Shown here one piece after another: positions 1-18,000 of a DNA stretch of 64,000 nt; positions within the stretch are counted from its first letter, which is position 1, and each line of letters opens with the position of its first letter. The translations under genes were made by a program, and so were the position numbers. The stretch comes from Eledone cirrhosa (Eukaryota), in NCBI GenBank assembly GCA_964016885.1, contig OZ024746.1, positions 25,048,001 to 25,112,000 on the forward strand. Reading direction: 5' to 3'. The notes below the pieces were generated by a model. That model did not search any database and was not told where the DNA came from. It was given only the letters and a program-made list of their open reading frames with translations.

Positions 1-352
1 ATTAGAGTAAAGACTTCAATAATTCATGTGATGCAATAATAGTACTATTTTGAACTTTTCAAGAATGTCTTGCTGGTACAGTTTTATGTGATACAGGAGG
101 TTAAGAGTTAATACCACAAGTCATTCTATCCAACACTCGTTACCTACATTAGATTAATAGCATTATCTGTAGCCATGCTATGATGTAATGCATTTATATA
201 TGTAATGTATATAATATATAATACATACTTATATACAATATGGAAAATCAGATGTATGATGATGATAATGATAGTATAAAATATATCCCAACTTATAATT
301 TATAGTCATGCTATAATATAAAGAGTTTATATAATATATAATATATCCCCAT

Positions 353-470
353 CTATGTGAGGTAGTGGAAGTTATTATCCACAGAGATAATCCTTCTTCT
401 TCCTCTCTTATCTAATATAGAATGAGCTAGTTCAGATGTTCTCTCTACTAACCCAGCTAATGACACAACT
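353..470 (-). CDS. Possible terminal coding exon (..DSFIESIVVSLAGLVERTSELAHSILDKRGRRRIISVDNNFHYLT*), product unknown
   Basis: Minus strand reads ttcttacattcacatgcAG as an acceptor-like site, then one open, non-repetitive frame to TAG; the other two frames stop early. No homology recognised. Confidence 0.25.
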
Positions 471-508
471 ATGCTTTCTATGAAACTGTCTGCATGTGAA
501 TGTAAGAA

Positions 509-688
<180 letters not shown>

Positions 689-1439
689 CATATTTAAGCC
701 AGCTAGTTCAATGATAATTATTTTTCTGTATTATCAACTAGTGAAATTACTATTACAGCTTTGAACCAACCAATGCTGTGTGAATGAATTTGCTACATGG
801 AAACTACAAGGAATATGATATATGTATATAAACAATCACCCAGTACGCACTGTAATGTGATCAGTGATAGAAAGGGCACCTATCCATAGAAAACCTTCCA
901 AACAAAGGGGTCAAGAAGACAGTTCAGCTATGCCAGAGATATGCCAACTTCCCTGGTGTTGGTGCCACGATAAAATGCACTCAATAGAGAACAGGATCGT
1001 ATGATGATGACCCTTTATACACACAGGTGAAACTCCAGAGTAACAGGACACTGACTCAACCTTGATAAACCTATTAATTACTACTATGGTATTGAGTACT
1101 CATTCTCATGAATATCAATACTAAATGGACACATACAAACACACACATAAATAAATTGCTCCTGGTTATATGAAACTAAACTGTTTCTATTTATCTAAAA
1201 ACCTTGCACTGTAAGAACCTTAGTTATGTTCCAAATACCAGATTAATAACAAGAAAGTTATATTATGAAATACCTCCAAATATTCGATTATTTTCAAAAT
1301 GATTTGAAAATTTATAAGTAGTGTCTTTCATTAGAAATATGGTAATGAAATGGTTCATCTATATTTATCTAAAAATCTTCTATCATAATTTTATTTAAGA
1401 ACATTAGTTAATTTATGTTCCAAACATCAGCTAAATAAT

Positions 1440-1628
1440 TGTTTCTACTTTAGGCACAAGGCCAGCAATTATCCAGTGCATTACTGGTACTTTATTTTAT
1501 CGACCCCGTAAGGATGAAAGGCAAAGTCAACCTCGGCGGGATTTGAACTCAGATCGTAAAGGGACGTAACTATGCTGGAAAGCATGGCGTCCGACCCTCT
1601 ACCGATACTGCCAATCCACCGCCCTTTT
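1440..1628 (-). mobile_element. Young tRNA-derived SINE, full length, inserted into an AT-rich MITE-like repeat
   Basis: A-box-like TGGCAGTATCGG and B-box-like GAGTTCAAATCC; 19-bp TSD caaacatcagctaaataat at 1421-1439 and 1629-1647; near-identical to the copy at 45863. Confidence 0.93.
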
Positions 1629-2549
1629 CAAACATCAGCTAAATAATGAAATCTCAACATATTACATTAGAAATACAGTAAAAAAAACCTTCTTGTGACT
1701 TTATTTCTAATGAAATACACTGTATTTCAATTAATTAATAAAGAAGTTTGAAGGATTCACTTAAGTTATTTCATTACTAAGATAGTAACTCAACTTTATG
1801 CTGAAAGTTATTGTTTTAAATAGGAACCCTTTAAAAGGGTGGTTTTGTTTCATAGAACCAGAACTGAGTTTTGGCTAGATTGGTAAGAAAAGGGTTATGA
1901 CAGTAGGGGTGCAAATATGGGATTTAAGGGCAATTTAGTTACTGAAAGGATTAAAATTATCTAGATTATCATTATTTTCCATACCACTTTTCATGTTTTC
2001 ATGTCACCATTTTCAGCCATGTCCTTGACTATCAGCTGATTTTTCTCATAGTCTTTGACAATCAGCTGATCTTCATTCTCATTCTCCCCACACATCTCAG
2101 CCAGTCACTCAGTCAGTAGTCACTTTATATTAGCTTCACTCAGGAATGTATGCACACACAATCTGTAATCTCACATCTACATCTATATATACAAACACAC
2201 ACATAATCACATCTATATATAAATTCACACACGCACACACACATATACATCTGTTGCTTCACATCTCTCTCTATACATACAAATATACACAGCAGACATT
2301 ATATACAAATAGGTATATATATAGAGAGAGATGTATACATTCATATCACACACCTCAGTATTCTTACATTTTTTTCTTTACACACACACACACACACACA
2401 CACATACATACAAATGCACACCACATTCTCAGCACTTCATGCCACACCTCACTGCCAACCTCTCCTACTCTTTATCTGTTTCTTCAACTCAAAGTCTGAT
2501 AAGTATATCATTCCTTTGCACACTCAGGAAGTCTTTAGCACTTTTATAC

Positions 2550-2740
2550 TAACCAACACTACCGCCTACACCACTATTATTAACACTACTACCACCACCA
2601 CCACCATCACCACTGTTATTAACACTACTTCCCCTCCCCCCACTATTATTAACACTACCATCGCCACCACCACACTCTTTGTTACCACTGCTATCATCAC
2701 CTTCAACAGTATTAGTACTACTATCACCACCACTTAACAT

Positions 2741-2773
<33 letters not shown>

Positions 2774-2945
2774 CATCATTGTGAACTGCATCATCACCAC
2801 CATAACCGCCATCATCATAGTTACCACAGCATCACCTTCAACAGTGTAAATACTACTATTACCACCAATGTTAACATTACTATTACTACTACAACCATCA
2901 TGTTAACTGCATCATTATCACCACCACTACTATTACTAATACTAT
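2550..2945. repeat. Degenerate (ACT/ACC)n trinucleotide tract
   Basis: actactact/accaccacc runs giving spurious Thr- and Val-rich ORFs. Confidence 0.9.
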
Positions 2946-3004
2946 GTAATAAGAGATCCATTGTACAAAGAAAAGAATTCAGTGACTGCCAGAAGACTTA
3001 GTAC

Positions 3005-6000
3005 TTAACGTGGGTAACATACGAATGCCCAAACATACACAACTGGCATTACCATTAAAGTCTACATGGGTAACATACATACTAACACATGTACACACAA
3101 CTGGCATTACCATTAAAGTCTACATGGGTAACATACATACTAACACATGTAGACACAACTGGCATTACCATTAAAGTCAACATGGGTTACATACATACTA
3201 ACACATGTAGACACAACTGGCATTACCATTAAAGTCAACATGGGTTACATACATACTAACACATGTACACACAACTGGCATTACTATTAAAGTCTACATA
3301 GGTAACATACATACTCACACATGTAGACACAACTGGCATTACTATTAAAGTCAACATGGGTAACATACATACTAACACATGTAGACACAACTGGCATTAC
3401 TATTAAAGTCAACATGGGTAACATACATACTAACACATGTAGACAACTGGCATTACCATTAAAGTCAACATGGGTAACATACATACTAACACATGTAGAC
3501 ACAACTGGCATTACTATTAAAGTCAACATGGGTAACATACATACTAACACATGTAGACAACTGGCATTACCATTAAAGTCAACATGGGTAACATACATAG
3601 TAACACATGTAGACACAACTGGCATTACCATTAAAGTCAACATGGGTAACATACATACTAACACATGTAGACACAACTGGCATTACTATTAAAGTCAACA
3701 TGGGTAACATACATACTAACACATGTAGACACAACTGGCATTACCATTAAAGTCAACATGGGTAACATACATACTAACACATGTAGACACAACTGGCATT
3801 ACTATTAAAGTCAACATGGGTAACATACATACTAACACATGTAGACACAACTGGCATTACCATTAAAGTCAACATGGGTAACATACATACTAACACATGT
3901 AGAGACAACTGGCATTACTATTAAAGTCAACATGGGTAACATACATACTAACACATGTAGACACAACTGGCATTACTATTAAATTCAACATGGGTAACAT
4001 ACATACAACAGGCATTACTATTAAAGTCAACATGGGTAACATACATACTAACACATGTAGAGACAACTGGCATTACTATTAAAGTCAATATGGGTAACAT
4101 ACATACTAACACATGTAGACAACTGGCATTACCATTAAAGTCAACATGGGTAACATACATAGTAACACATGTAGACACAACTGGCATTACCATTAAAGTC
4201 AACATGGGTAACATACATACTAACACATGTAGACACAACTGGCATTACTATTAAAGTCAACATGGGTAACATACATACTAACACATGTAGACATAACTGG
4301 CATTACTATTAAAGTCTACATGGGTAACATACATACTAACACATGTACACATAACTGGCATTACCATTAAAGTCAACATGGTAACATACATACTAACACA
4401 TGTACACATAACTGGCATTACCATTAAAGTCAACATGGTAACATACATACTAACACATGTAGAGACAACTGGCATTACTATTAAAGTCAACATGGGTTAC
4501 ATACATACTAACACATGTACACATAACTGGCATTACCATTAAAGTCTACATGGGTAACATACATACTAACACATGTAGAGACAACTGGCATTACTATTAA
4601 AGTCAACATGGGTAACATACATACTAACACATGTACACATAACTGGCATTACCATTAAAGTCTACATGGGTAACATACATACTAACACATGTACACATAA
4701 CTGGCATTACCATTAAAGTCAACATGGGTAACATACATACTAACACATGTACACATAACTGGCATTACCATTAAAGTCAACATGGGTAACATACATACTA
4801 ACACATGTAGACATAACTGGCATTACTATTAAAGTCAACATGGGTAACATACATACTAACACATGTAGACACAACTGGCATTACTATTAAAGTCTACATG
4901 GGTAACATACATACTAACACATGTAGACACAACTGGCATTACTATTAAAGTCAACATGGGTAACATACACACTAACGCATGTAGACACAACTGGCATTAC
5001 TATTAAAGTCAACATGGGTAACATACATACTAACACATGTAGACACAACTGGCATTACTATTAAAGTCAACATGGGTAACATACATACTAACACATGTAG
5101 ACACAACTGGCATTACTATTAAAGTCTACATGGGTAACATACATACTAACACATGTAGACACAACTGGCATTACTATTAAAGTCAACATGGGTAACATAC
5201 ATACTAACACATGTAGACACAACTGGCATTACTATTAAAGTCTACATGGGTAACATACATACTAACACATGTAGACACAACTGGCATTACTATTAAAGTC
5301 AACATGGGTAACATACATACTAACACATGTACACACAACTGGTATTACTATTAAAGTCAACATGGGTAACATACATACTAACACATGTACACATAACTGG
5401 CATTACCATTAAAGTCAACATGGGTAACATACATACTAACACATGTACACACAACTGGCATTACTATTAAAGTCAACATGGGTAACATACATACTAACAC
5501 ATGTACACATAACTGGCATTACTATTAAAGTCAACATGGGTAACATACATACTAACACATGTAGACACAACTGGCATTACTATTAAAGTCTACATGGGTA
5601 ACATACATACTAACACATGTAGACACAACTGGCATTACTATTAAAGTCAACATGGGTAACATACACACTAACACATGTAGACACAACTGGCATTACTATT
5701 AAAGTCAACATGGGTAACATACATACTAACACATGTAGACACAACTGGCATTACTATTAAAGTCAACATGGGTAACATACACACTAACACATGTAGACAC
5801 AACTGGCATTACTATTAAAGTCAACATGGGTAACATACATACTAACACATGTAGACACAACTGGCATTACTATTAAAGTCTACATGGGTAACATACATAC
5901 TAACACATGTAGACACAACTGGCATTACTATTAAATTCAACATGGGTAACATACATACAACTGGCATTACCATTAAAGTCAACATGGGTAACATACATAC

Positions 6001-9000
6001 TAACACATGTACACATAATTGGCATTACCATTAAAGTCTACATGGGTAACATACATACTAACACATGTAGACATAACTGGCATTACTATTAAAGTCAACA
6101 TGGGTAACATACATACTAACACATGTAGACAACTGGCATTTCTATTAAAGTCTACATGGGTAACATACATACTAACACATGTAGACAACTGGCATTACTA
6201 TTAAAGTCAACATGGGTAACATACATACTAACACATGTACACACAACTGGCATTACTATTAAAGTCTACATGGGTAACATACATACTAACACATGTACAG
6301 ATAACTGGCATTACTATTAAAGTCAACATGGGTAACATACATACTAACACATGTACACACAACTGGCATTACTATTAAAGTCTACATGGGTAACATACAT
6401 ACTAACACATGTACACACAACTGGCATTACTATTAAAGTCAACATGGGTAACATAAATACTAACACATGTAGACAACTGGCATTACTATTAAAGTCAACA
6501 TGGGTAACATACATACTAACACATGTACACACAACTGGCATTACTATTAAAGTCAACATGGGAAACATACATACTAACACATGTAAACACAACTGGCATT
6601 ACTATTAAAGTCAACATGGGTAACATACATACTAACACATGTAGACAACTGGCATTACCATTAAAGTCAACATGGGTAACATACATACTAACACATGTAG
6701 ACAAGTGGCATTACCATTAAAGTCAACATGGGTAACATACATACTAACACATGTAAACAACTGGCATTACTATTAAAGTCAACATGGGTAACATACACAC
6801 TAACACATGTACACACAACTGGCATTACTATTAAAGTCAACATGGGTAACATACATACTAACACATGTAGACACAACTGGCATTACTATTAAAGTCAACA
6901 TGGGTAACATACATACTAACACATGTAGACACAACTGGCATTACCATTAAAGTCAACATGGGTTACATACATACTAACACATGTACACACAACTGGCATT
7001 ACTATTAAAGTCAACATGGGTAACATACATACTCACACATGTAGACACAACTGGCATTACTATTAAAGTCAACATGGGTAACATACATACTAACACATGT
7101 AGACACAACTGGCATTACTATTAAAGTCAACATGGGTAACATACATACTAACACATGTAGACAACTGGCATTACCATTAAAGTCAACATGGGTAACATAC
7201 ATACTAACACATGTAGACACAACTGGCATTACTATTAAAGTCAACATGGGTAACATACATACTAACACATGTAGACACAACTGGTATTACTATTAAAGTC
7301 AACATGGGTAACATACATACTAACACATGTAGACAACTGGCATTACCATTAAAGTCAACATGGGTAACATACATACTAACACATGTAGACATAACTGGCA
7401 TTACTATTAAAGTCAACATGGGTAACATACATACTAACACATGTAGACACAACTGGCATTACCATTAAAGTCAACATGGGTAACATACATACTAACACAT
7501 GTAGACAACTGGCATTACTATTAAAGTCAACATGGGAAACATACATACTAACACATGTAGACACAACTGGCATTACTATTAAATTCTACATGGGTAACAT
7601 ACATACTAACACATGTAGACACAACTGGCATTACTATTAAAGTCAACATGGGTAACATACACACTAATACATGTACACACAACTGGCATTACTATTAAAG
7701 TCAACATGGGTAACATACATGTACACACAACTGGCATTAGTATTAAAGTCAACATGGGTAACATACATACTAACACATGTAGACACAACTGGCATTACTA
7801 TTAAAGTCAACATGGGTAACATACATACTAACACATGTAGACACAACTGGCATTACTATTAAAGTCAACATGGGTAACATACATACTAACACATGTAGAC
7901 AACTGGCATTACCATTAAAGTCAACATGGGTAACATACATACTAACACATGTAGACACAACTGGCATTACTATTAAAGTCAACATGGGTAACATACATAC
8001 TAACACATGTAGACACAACTAGTATTACTATTAAAGTCAACATGGGTAACATACATACTAACACATGTAGACAACTGGCATTACCATTAAAGTCAACATG
8101 GGTAACATACATACTAACACATGTAGACACAACTGGCATTACTATTAAAGTCAACATGGGTAACATACATACTAACACATGTAGACACAACTGGTATTAC
8201 TATTAAAGTCAACATGGGTAACATACATACTAACACATGTAGACAACTGGCATTACTATTAAAGTCAACATGGGTAACATACATACTAACACATGTAGAC
8301 ACAACTGGCATTACCATTAAAGTCAACATGGGTAACATACATAGTAACACATGTACACACAACTGGCATTACTATTAAAGTCAACATGGGTAACATACAT
8401 ACTAACACATGTAGACATAACTGGCATTACTATTAAAGTCAACATGGGTAACATACATACTAACACATGTAGACATAACTGGCATTACTATTAAAGTCAA
8501 CATGGGTAACATACATACTAACACATGTAGACACAACTGGCATTACCATTAAAGTCAACATGGGTAACATACATACTAACACATGTAGACACAACTGGCA
8601 TTACTATTAAAGTCAACATGGGTAACATACATACTAACACATGTAGACACAACTGGCATTACTATTAAAGTCAACATGGGTAACATACATACTAACACAT
8701 GTAGACATAACTGGCATTACTATTAAAGTCAACATGGGTAACATACATACTAACACATGTAGACATAACTGGCATTACTATTAAAGTCAACATGGGTAAC
8801 ATACATACTAACACATGTAGACACAACTGGCATTACCATTAAAGTCAACATGGGTAACATACATACTAACACATGTAGACACAACTGGCATTACTATTAA
8901 AGTCAACATGGGTAACATACATACTAACACATGTAGACACAACTGGTATTACCATTAAAGTCAACATGGGTAACATACATACTAACACATGTAGACACAA

Positions 9001-12000
9001 CTGGCATTACCATTAAAGTCAACATGGGTAACATACATACTAACACATGTAGACACAACTGGCATTACTATTAAAGTCAACATGGGTAACATACATACTA
9101 ACACATGTAGACACAACTGGCATTACCATTAAAGTCAACATGGGTAACATACATACTAACACATGTAGACACAACTGGCATTACTATTAAAGTCAACATG
9201 GGTAACATACATACTAACACATGTAGACACAACTGGCATTACCATTAAAGTCAACATGGGTAACATACATACTAACACATGTAGACACAACTGGCATTAC
9301 TATTAAAGTCAACATGGGTAACATACATACTAACACATGTAGACATAACTGGCATTACTATTAAAGTCTACATGGGTAACATACATACTAACAAATGTAC
9401 ACATAACTGGCATTACTATTAAAGTCAACATGGGTAACATACATACTAACACATGTACACATAACTGGCATTACCATTAAAGTCTACATGGGTAATATAC
9501 ATACTAACACATGTACACATAACTGGCATTACCATTAAAGTCTACATGGGTAACATACATACTAACACATGTACACATAACTGGCATTACCATTAAAGTC
9601 TACATGGGTAACATACATACTAACACATGTACACATAACTGGCATTACCATTAAAGTCTACATGGGTAACATACATACTAACACATGTACACATAACTGG
9701 CATTACCATTAAAGTCTACATGGGTAATATACATACTAACACATGTACACATAACTGGCATTACCATTAAAGTCTACATGGGTAACATACATACTAACAC
9801 ATGTACACATAACTGGCATTACCATTAAAGTCTACATGGGTAACATACATACTAACACATGTACACATAACTGGCATTACCATTAAAGTCTACATGGGTA
9901 ACATACATACTAACACATGTACACATAACTGGCATTACCATTAAAGTCTACATGGGTAACATACATACTAACACATGTACACATAACTGGCATTACCATT
10001 AAAGTCTACATGGGTAACATACATACTAACACATGTACACATAACTGGCATTACCATTAAAGTCTACATGGGTAACATACATACTAACACATGTACACAT
10101 AACTGGCATTACTATTAAAGTCTACATGGGTAACATACATACTAACACATGTACACATAACTGGCATTACCATTAAAGTCAACATGGTAACATACATACT
10201 AACACATGTACACATAACTGGCATTACCATTAAAGTCTACATGGGTAACATACATACTAACAAATGTACACATAACTGGCATTACTATTAAAGTCAACAT
10301 GGGTAACATACATACTAACACATGTACACATAACTGGCATTACCATTAAAGTCTACATGGGTAACATACATACTAACACATGTACACATAACTGGCATTA
10401 CCATTAAAGTCTACATGGGTAACATACATACTAACACATGTAGACACAACTGGCATTACCATTAAAGTCTACATGGGTAACATACATACTAACACATGTA
10501 CACATAACTGGCATTACTATTAAAGTCAACATGGGTAACATACATACTAACACATGTACACATAACTGGCATTACCATTAAAGTCTACATGGGTAACATA
10601 CATACTAACACATGTACACATAACTGGCATTACTATTAAAGTCTACATGAGTAACATACATACTAACACATGTAGACACAACTGGCATTACCATTAAAGT
10701 CTACATGGGTAACATACATACTAACACATGTACACACAACTAGCATTACTATTAAAGTCAACATAGGTAACATACATACTAACACATGTAGACATAACTG
10801 GCATTACTATTAAAGTCAACATGGGTAACATACATACTAACACATGTACACATAACTGGCATTACTATTAAGGTCAACATGGGTAACATACATACTAACA
10901 CATGTAGACACAATTGGCATTACTATTAAAGTCTACATGGGTAACATACATACTAGTACATGTAGACAACTGGCATTACTATTAAAGTCAACATGGGTAA
11001 CATACATACTAACACATGTAGACACAACTGGCATTACTATTAAAGTCAACATGGGTAACATACATACTAACACATGTAGACAACTGGCATTACTATTAAA
11101 GTCTACATGGGTAACATACATACTAACACATGTAGACACAACTGGCATTACTATTAAAGTCAACATGGGTAACATACATACTAACACATGTAGACACAAC
11201 TGGCATTACTATTAAAGTCAACATGGGTAACATACATACTAACACATGTTCACACGACTGGTATTACTATTAAAGTCAACATGGGTAACATACATACTAA
11301 CACATGTACACATAACTGGCATCACCATTAAAGTCAACATGGGTAACATACATACTAACACATGTACACATAACTGGCATTACTATTAAAGTCTACATGG
11401 GTAACATACATACTAACACATGTACACATAACTGGCATTACTATTAAAGTCAACATGGGTAACATACATACTAACACATGTAGACACAACTGGCATTACT
11501 ATTAAAGTCTACATGGGTAACATACATACTAACACATGTAGACACAACTGGCATTACTATTAAAGTCAACATGGGTAACATACACACTAACACATGTAGA
11601 CATAACTGGCATTACTATTAAAGTCAACATGGGTAACATACATACTAACACATGTACACACAACTAGCATTACTATTAAAGTCAACATGGGTAACATACA
11701 CACTAATACATGTACACACAACTGGCATTACTATTAAAGTCAACATGGGTAACATACATACTAACACATGTACACATAACTGGCATTACTATTAAGGTCA
11801 ACATGGGTAACATACATACTAACACATGTAGACACAATTGGCATTACTATTAAAGTCTACATGGGTAACATACATACTAATACATGTAGACAACTGGCAT
11901 TACTATTAAAGTCAACATGGGTAACATACATACTAACACCTGTAGACAACTGGCATTACTATTAAAGTCAACATGGGTAACATACATACTAACACATGTA

Positions 12001-15000
12001 GACAACTGGCATTACCATTAAAGGCAACATGGGAAACATACATACTAACACATGTAGACACAACTGGCATTACTATTAAAGTCAACATGGGTAACATACA
12101 TACTAACACATGTAGACAACTGGCATTACCATTAAAGGCAACATGGGAAACATACATACTAACACATGTAGACACAACTGGCATTACTATTAAAGTCTAC
12201 ATGGGTAACATACATACTAACACATGTAGACACAACTGGCATTACTATTAAAGTCAACATGGGTAACATACACACTAACACATGTACACACAACTGGCAT
12301 TACTATTAAATTCAACATGGGTAACATACATACAACTGGCATTACCATTAAAGTCAACATGGGTAACATACATACTAACACATGTACACATAATTGGCAT
12401 TACCATTAAAGTCTACATGGGTAACATACATACTAACACATGTAGACATAACTGGCATTACTATTAAAGTCAACATGGGTAACATACATACTAACACATG
12501 TACACATAACTGGCATTACTATTAAAGTCAACATGGGTAACATACATACTAACACATGTAGACACAACTGGCATTTCTATTAAAGTCTACATGGGTAACA
12601 TACATACTAACACATGTAGACAACTGGCATTACTATTAAAGTCAACATGGGTAACATACATACTAACACATGTAGAGACAACTGGCATTACTATTAAAGT
12701 CAACATGGGTAACATACATACTAACACATGTAGAGACAACTGGCATTACTATTAAAGTCAACATGGGTAACATACATACTAACACATGTACACACAACTG
12801 GCATTACTATTAAAGTCAACATGGGTAACATACACACTAACACATGTAGACACAACTGGCATTACTATTAAAGTCAACATGGGTAACATACATACTAACA
12901 CATGTAAACACAACTGGCATTACTATTAAAGTCTACATGGGTAACATACATACTAACACATGTAGACACAACTGGCATTACTATTAAAGTCAACATGGGT
13001 AACATACATACTAACACATGTACACACAACTGGCATTACTATTAAATTCAACATGGGTAATATACATACTAACACATGTAGACAACTGGCATTACCATTA
13101 AAGTCAACATGGGTAACATACATACTAACACATGTAAACACAACTGGCATTACTATTAAAGTCAACATGGGTAACATACATACTAACACATGTAGACACA
13201 ACTGGCATTACTATTAAAGTCTACATGGGTAACATACATACTAACACATGTACACACAACTGGCATTACTATTAAAGTCAACATGGGTAACATACATACT
13301 AACACATGTACACACAACTGGCATTACTATTAAAGTCAACATGGGTAACATACATACTAACACATGTAAACACAACTGGCATTACTATTAAAGTCAACAT
13401 GGGTAACATACACACTAACACATGTAGACACAACTGGCATTACTATTAAAGTCAACATGGATAACATACATACTAATACATGTACACACAACTGGCATTA
13501 CTATTAAATTCAACATGGGTAACATACATACTAACACATGTAGACAACTGGCATTACCATTAAAGTCAACATGGGTAACATACATACTAACACATGTAAA
13601 CACAATTGGCATTACTATTAAAGTCAACATGGGTAACATACACACTAACACATGTACACACAACTGGCATTACTATTAAAGTCAACATGGGTAACATACA
13701 TACTAACACATGTAGACACAACTGGCATTACTATTAAAGTCAACATGGGTAACATACATACTAACACATGTACACACAACTGGCATTACTATTAAAGTCA
13801 ACATGGGAAACATACATACTAACACATGTAGACACAACTGGCATTACTATTAAAGTCTACATGGGTAACAGACATACTAACACATGTAGACACAACTGGC
13901 ATTACTATAAAAGTCAACATCGGTAACATACACACTAACACATGTACACACAACTGGCATTACTATTAAATTCAACATGGGTAACATACATACAACTGGC
14001 ATTACCATTAAAGTCAACATGGGTAACATACATACTAACACATGTACACATAATTGGCATTACCATTAAAGTCTACATGGGTAACATACATACTAACACA
14101 TGTAGAAATAACTGGCATTACTATTAAAGTCAACATGGGTAACATACATACTAACACATGTCGACACAACTGGCATTTCTATTAAAGTCTACATGGGTAA
14201 CATACATACTAACACATGTAGACAACTGGCATTACTATTAAAGTCAACATGGGTTACATACATACTAACACATGTACACATAACTGGCATTACTATTAAA
14301 GTCAACATGGGAAACATACATACTAACACATGTAGACACAACTGGCATTTCTATTAAAGTCTACATGGGTAACATACATACTAACACATGTAGACACAAC
14401 TGGCATTTCTATTAAAGTCTACATGGGTAACATACATACTAACACATGTAGACAACTGGCATTACTATTAAAGTCAACATGGGTTACATACATACTAACA
14501 CATGTACACATAACTGGCATTACTATTAAAGTCTACATGGGTAACATACATACTAACACATGTAGACACAACTGGCATTACTATTAAAGTCAACATGGGT
14601 AACATACATACTAACACATGTACACACAACTGGCATTACTATTAAAGTCTACATGGGTAACATACATACTAACACATGTAGACAACTGGCATTACTATTA
14701 AAGTCAACATGGGTAACATACTAACACATGTAGACACAACTGGCATTACTATTAAAGTCCACATGGGTAACATACATACTAACACATGTACACACAACTG
14801 GCATTACTATTAAAGTCCACATGGGTAACATACATACTAACACATGTACACACAACTGGCATTACTATTAAAGTCTACATAGGTAACATACATACTAACA
14901 CATGTAGACACAACTGGCATTACTATTAAAGTCCACATGGGTAACATACATACTAACACATGTACACACAACTGGCATTACTATTAAAGTCTACATGGGT

Positions 15001-18000
15001 AACATACATACTAACACATGTAGACAACTGGCATTACTATTAAAGTCAACATGGGTAACATACATACTAACACATGTAGACACAACTGGCATTACTATTA
15101 AAGTCTACATGGGTAACATACATACTAACACATGTAGACACAACTGGTATTACTATTAAAGTCTACATGGGTAACATACATACTAACACATGTACACACA
15201 ACTGGCATTACTATTAAAGTCAACATGGGTAACATACATACTAACACATGTAGACACAACTGGCATTACTATTAAAGTCAACATGGGTAACATACACACT
15301 AACACATGTACACACAACTGGCATTACTATTAAATTCAACATGGGTAACATACATACAACTGGCATTACCATTAAAGTCAACATGGGTAACATACATACT
15401 AACACATGTACACATAATTGGCATTACCATTAAAGTCTACATGGGTAACATACATACTAACACATGTAGACATAACTGGCATTACTATTAAAGTCAACAT
15501 GGGTAACATACATACTAACACATGTACACATAACTGGCATTACTATTAAAGTCAACATGGGTAACATACATACTAACACATGTAGACACAACTGGCATTT
15601 CTATTAAAGTCTACATGGGTAACATACATACTAACACATGTAGACAACTGGCATTACTATTAAAGTCAACATGGGTAACATACATACTAACACATGTAGA
15701 GACAACTGGCATTACTATTAAAGTCAACATGGGTAACATACATACTAACACATGTAGAGACAACTGGCATTACTATTAAAGTCAACATGGGTAACATACA
15801 TACTAACACATGTACACACAACTGGCATTACTATTAAAGTCAACATGGGTAACATACACACTAACACATGTAGACACAACTGGCATTACTATTAAAGTCA
15901 ACATGGGTAACATACATACTAACACATGTAAACACAACTGGCATTACTATTAAAGTCTACATGGGTAACATACATACTAACACATGTAGACACAACTGGC
16001 ATTACTATTAAAGTCAACATGGGTAACATACATACTAACACATGTACACACAACTGGCATTACTATTAAATTCAACATGGGTAATATACATACTAACACA
16101 TGTAGACAACTGGCATTACCATTAAAGTCAACATGGGTAACATACATACTAACACATGTAAACACAACTGGCATTACTATTAAAGTCAACATGGGTAACA
16201 TACATACTAACACATGTAGACACAACTGGCATTACTATTAAAGTCTACATGGGTAACATACATACTAACACATGTACACACAACTGGCATTACTATTAAA
16301 GTCAACATGGGTAACATACATACTAACACATGTACACACAACTGGCATTACTATTAAAGTCAACATGGGTAACATACATACTAACACATGTAAACACAAC
16401 TGGCATTACTATTAAAGTCAACATGGGTAACATACACACTAACACATGTAGACACAACTGGCATTACTATTAAAGTCAACATGGATAACATACATACTAA
16501 TACATGTACACACAACTGGCATTACTATTAAATTCAACATGGGTAACATACATACTAACACATGTAGACAACTGGCATTACCATTAAAGTCAACATGGGT
16601 AACATACATACTAACACATGTAAACACAATTGGCATTACTATTAAAGTCAACATGGGTAACATACACACTAACACATGTACACACAACTGGCATTACTAT
16701 TAAAGTCAACATGGGTAACATACATACTAACACATGTAGACACAACTGGCATTACTATTAAAGTCAACATGGGTAACATACATACTAACACATGTACACA
16801 CAACTGGCATTACTATTAAAGTCAACATGGGAAACATACATACTAACACATGTAGACACAACTGGCATTACTATTAAAGTCTACATGGGTAACAGACATA
16901 CTAACACATGTAGACACAACTGGCATTACTATAAAAGTCAACATCGGTAACATACACACTAACACATGTACACACAACTGGCATTACTATTAAATTCAAC
17001 ATGGGTAACATACATACAACTGGCATTACCATTAAAGTCAACATGGGTAACATACATACTAACACATGTACACATAATTGGCATTACCATTAAAGTCTAC
17101 ATGGGTAACATACATACTAACACATGTAGAAATAACTGGCATTACTATTAAAGTCAACATGGGTAACATACATACTAACACATGTCGACACAACTGGCAT
17201 TTCTATTAAAGTCTACATGGGTAACATACATACTAACACATGTAGACAACTGGCATTACTATTAAAGTCAACATGGGTTACATACATACTAACACATGTA
17301 CACATAACTGGCATTACTATTAAAGTCAACATGGGAAACATACATACTAACACATGTAGACACAACTGGCATTTCTATTAAAGTCTACATGGGTAACATA
17401 CATACTAACACATGTAGACACAACTGGCATTTCTATTAAAGTCTACATGGGTAACATACATACTAACACATGTAGACAACTGGCATTACTATTAAAGTCA
17501 ACATGGGTTACATACATACTAACACATGTACACATAACTGGCATTACTATTAAAGTCTACATGGGTAACATACATACTAACACATGTAGACACAACTGGC
17601 ATTACTATTAAAGTCAACATGGGTAACATACATACTAACACATGTACACACAACTGGCATTACTATTAAAGTCTACATGGGTAACATACATACTAACACA
17701 TGTAGACAACTGGCATTACTATTAAAGTCAACATGGGTAACATACTAACACATGTAGACACAACTGGCATTACTATTAAAGTCCACATGGGTAACATACA
17801 TACTAACACATGTACACACAACTGGCATTACTATTAAAGTCCACATGGGTAACATACATACTAACACATGTACACACAACTGGCATTACTATTAAAGTCT
17901 ACATAGGTAACATACATACTAACACATGTAGACACAACTGGCATTACTATTAAAGTCCACATGGGTAACATACATACTAACACATGTACACACAACTGGC

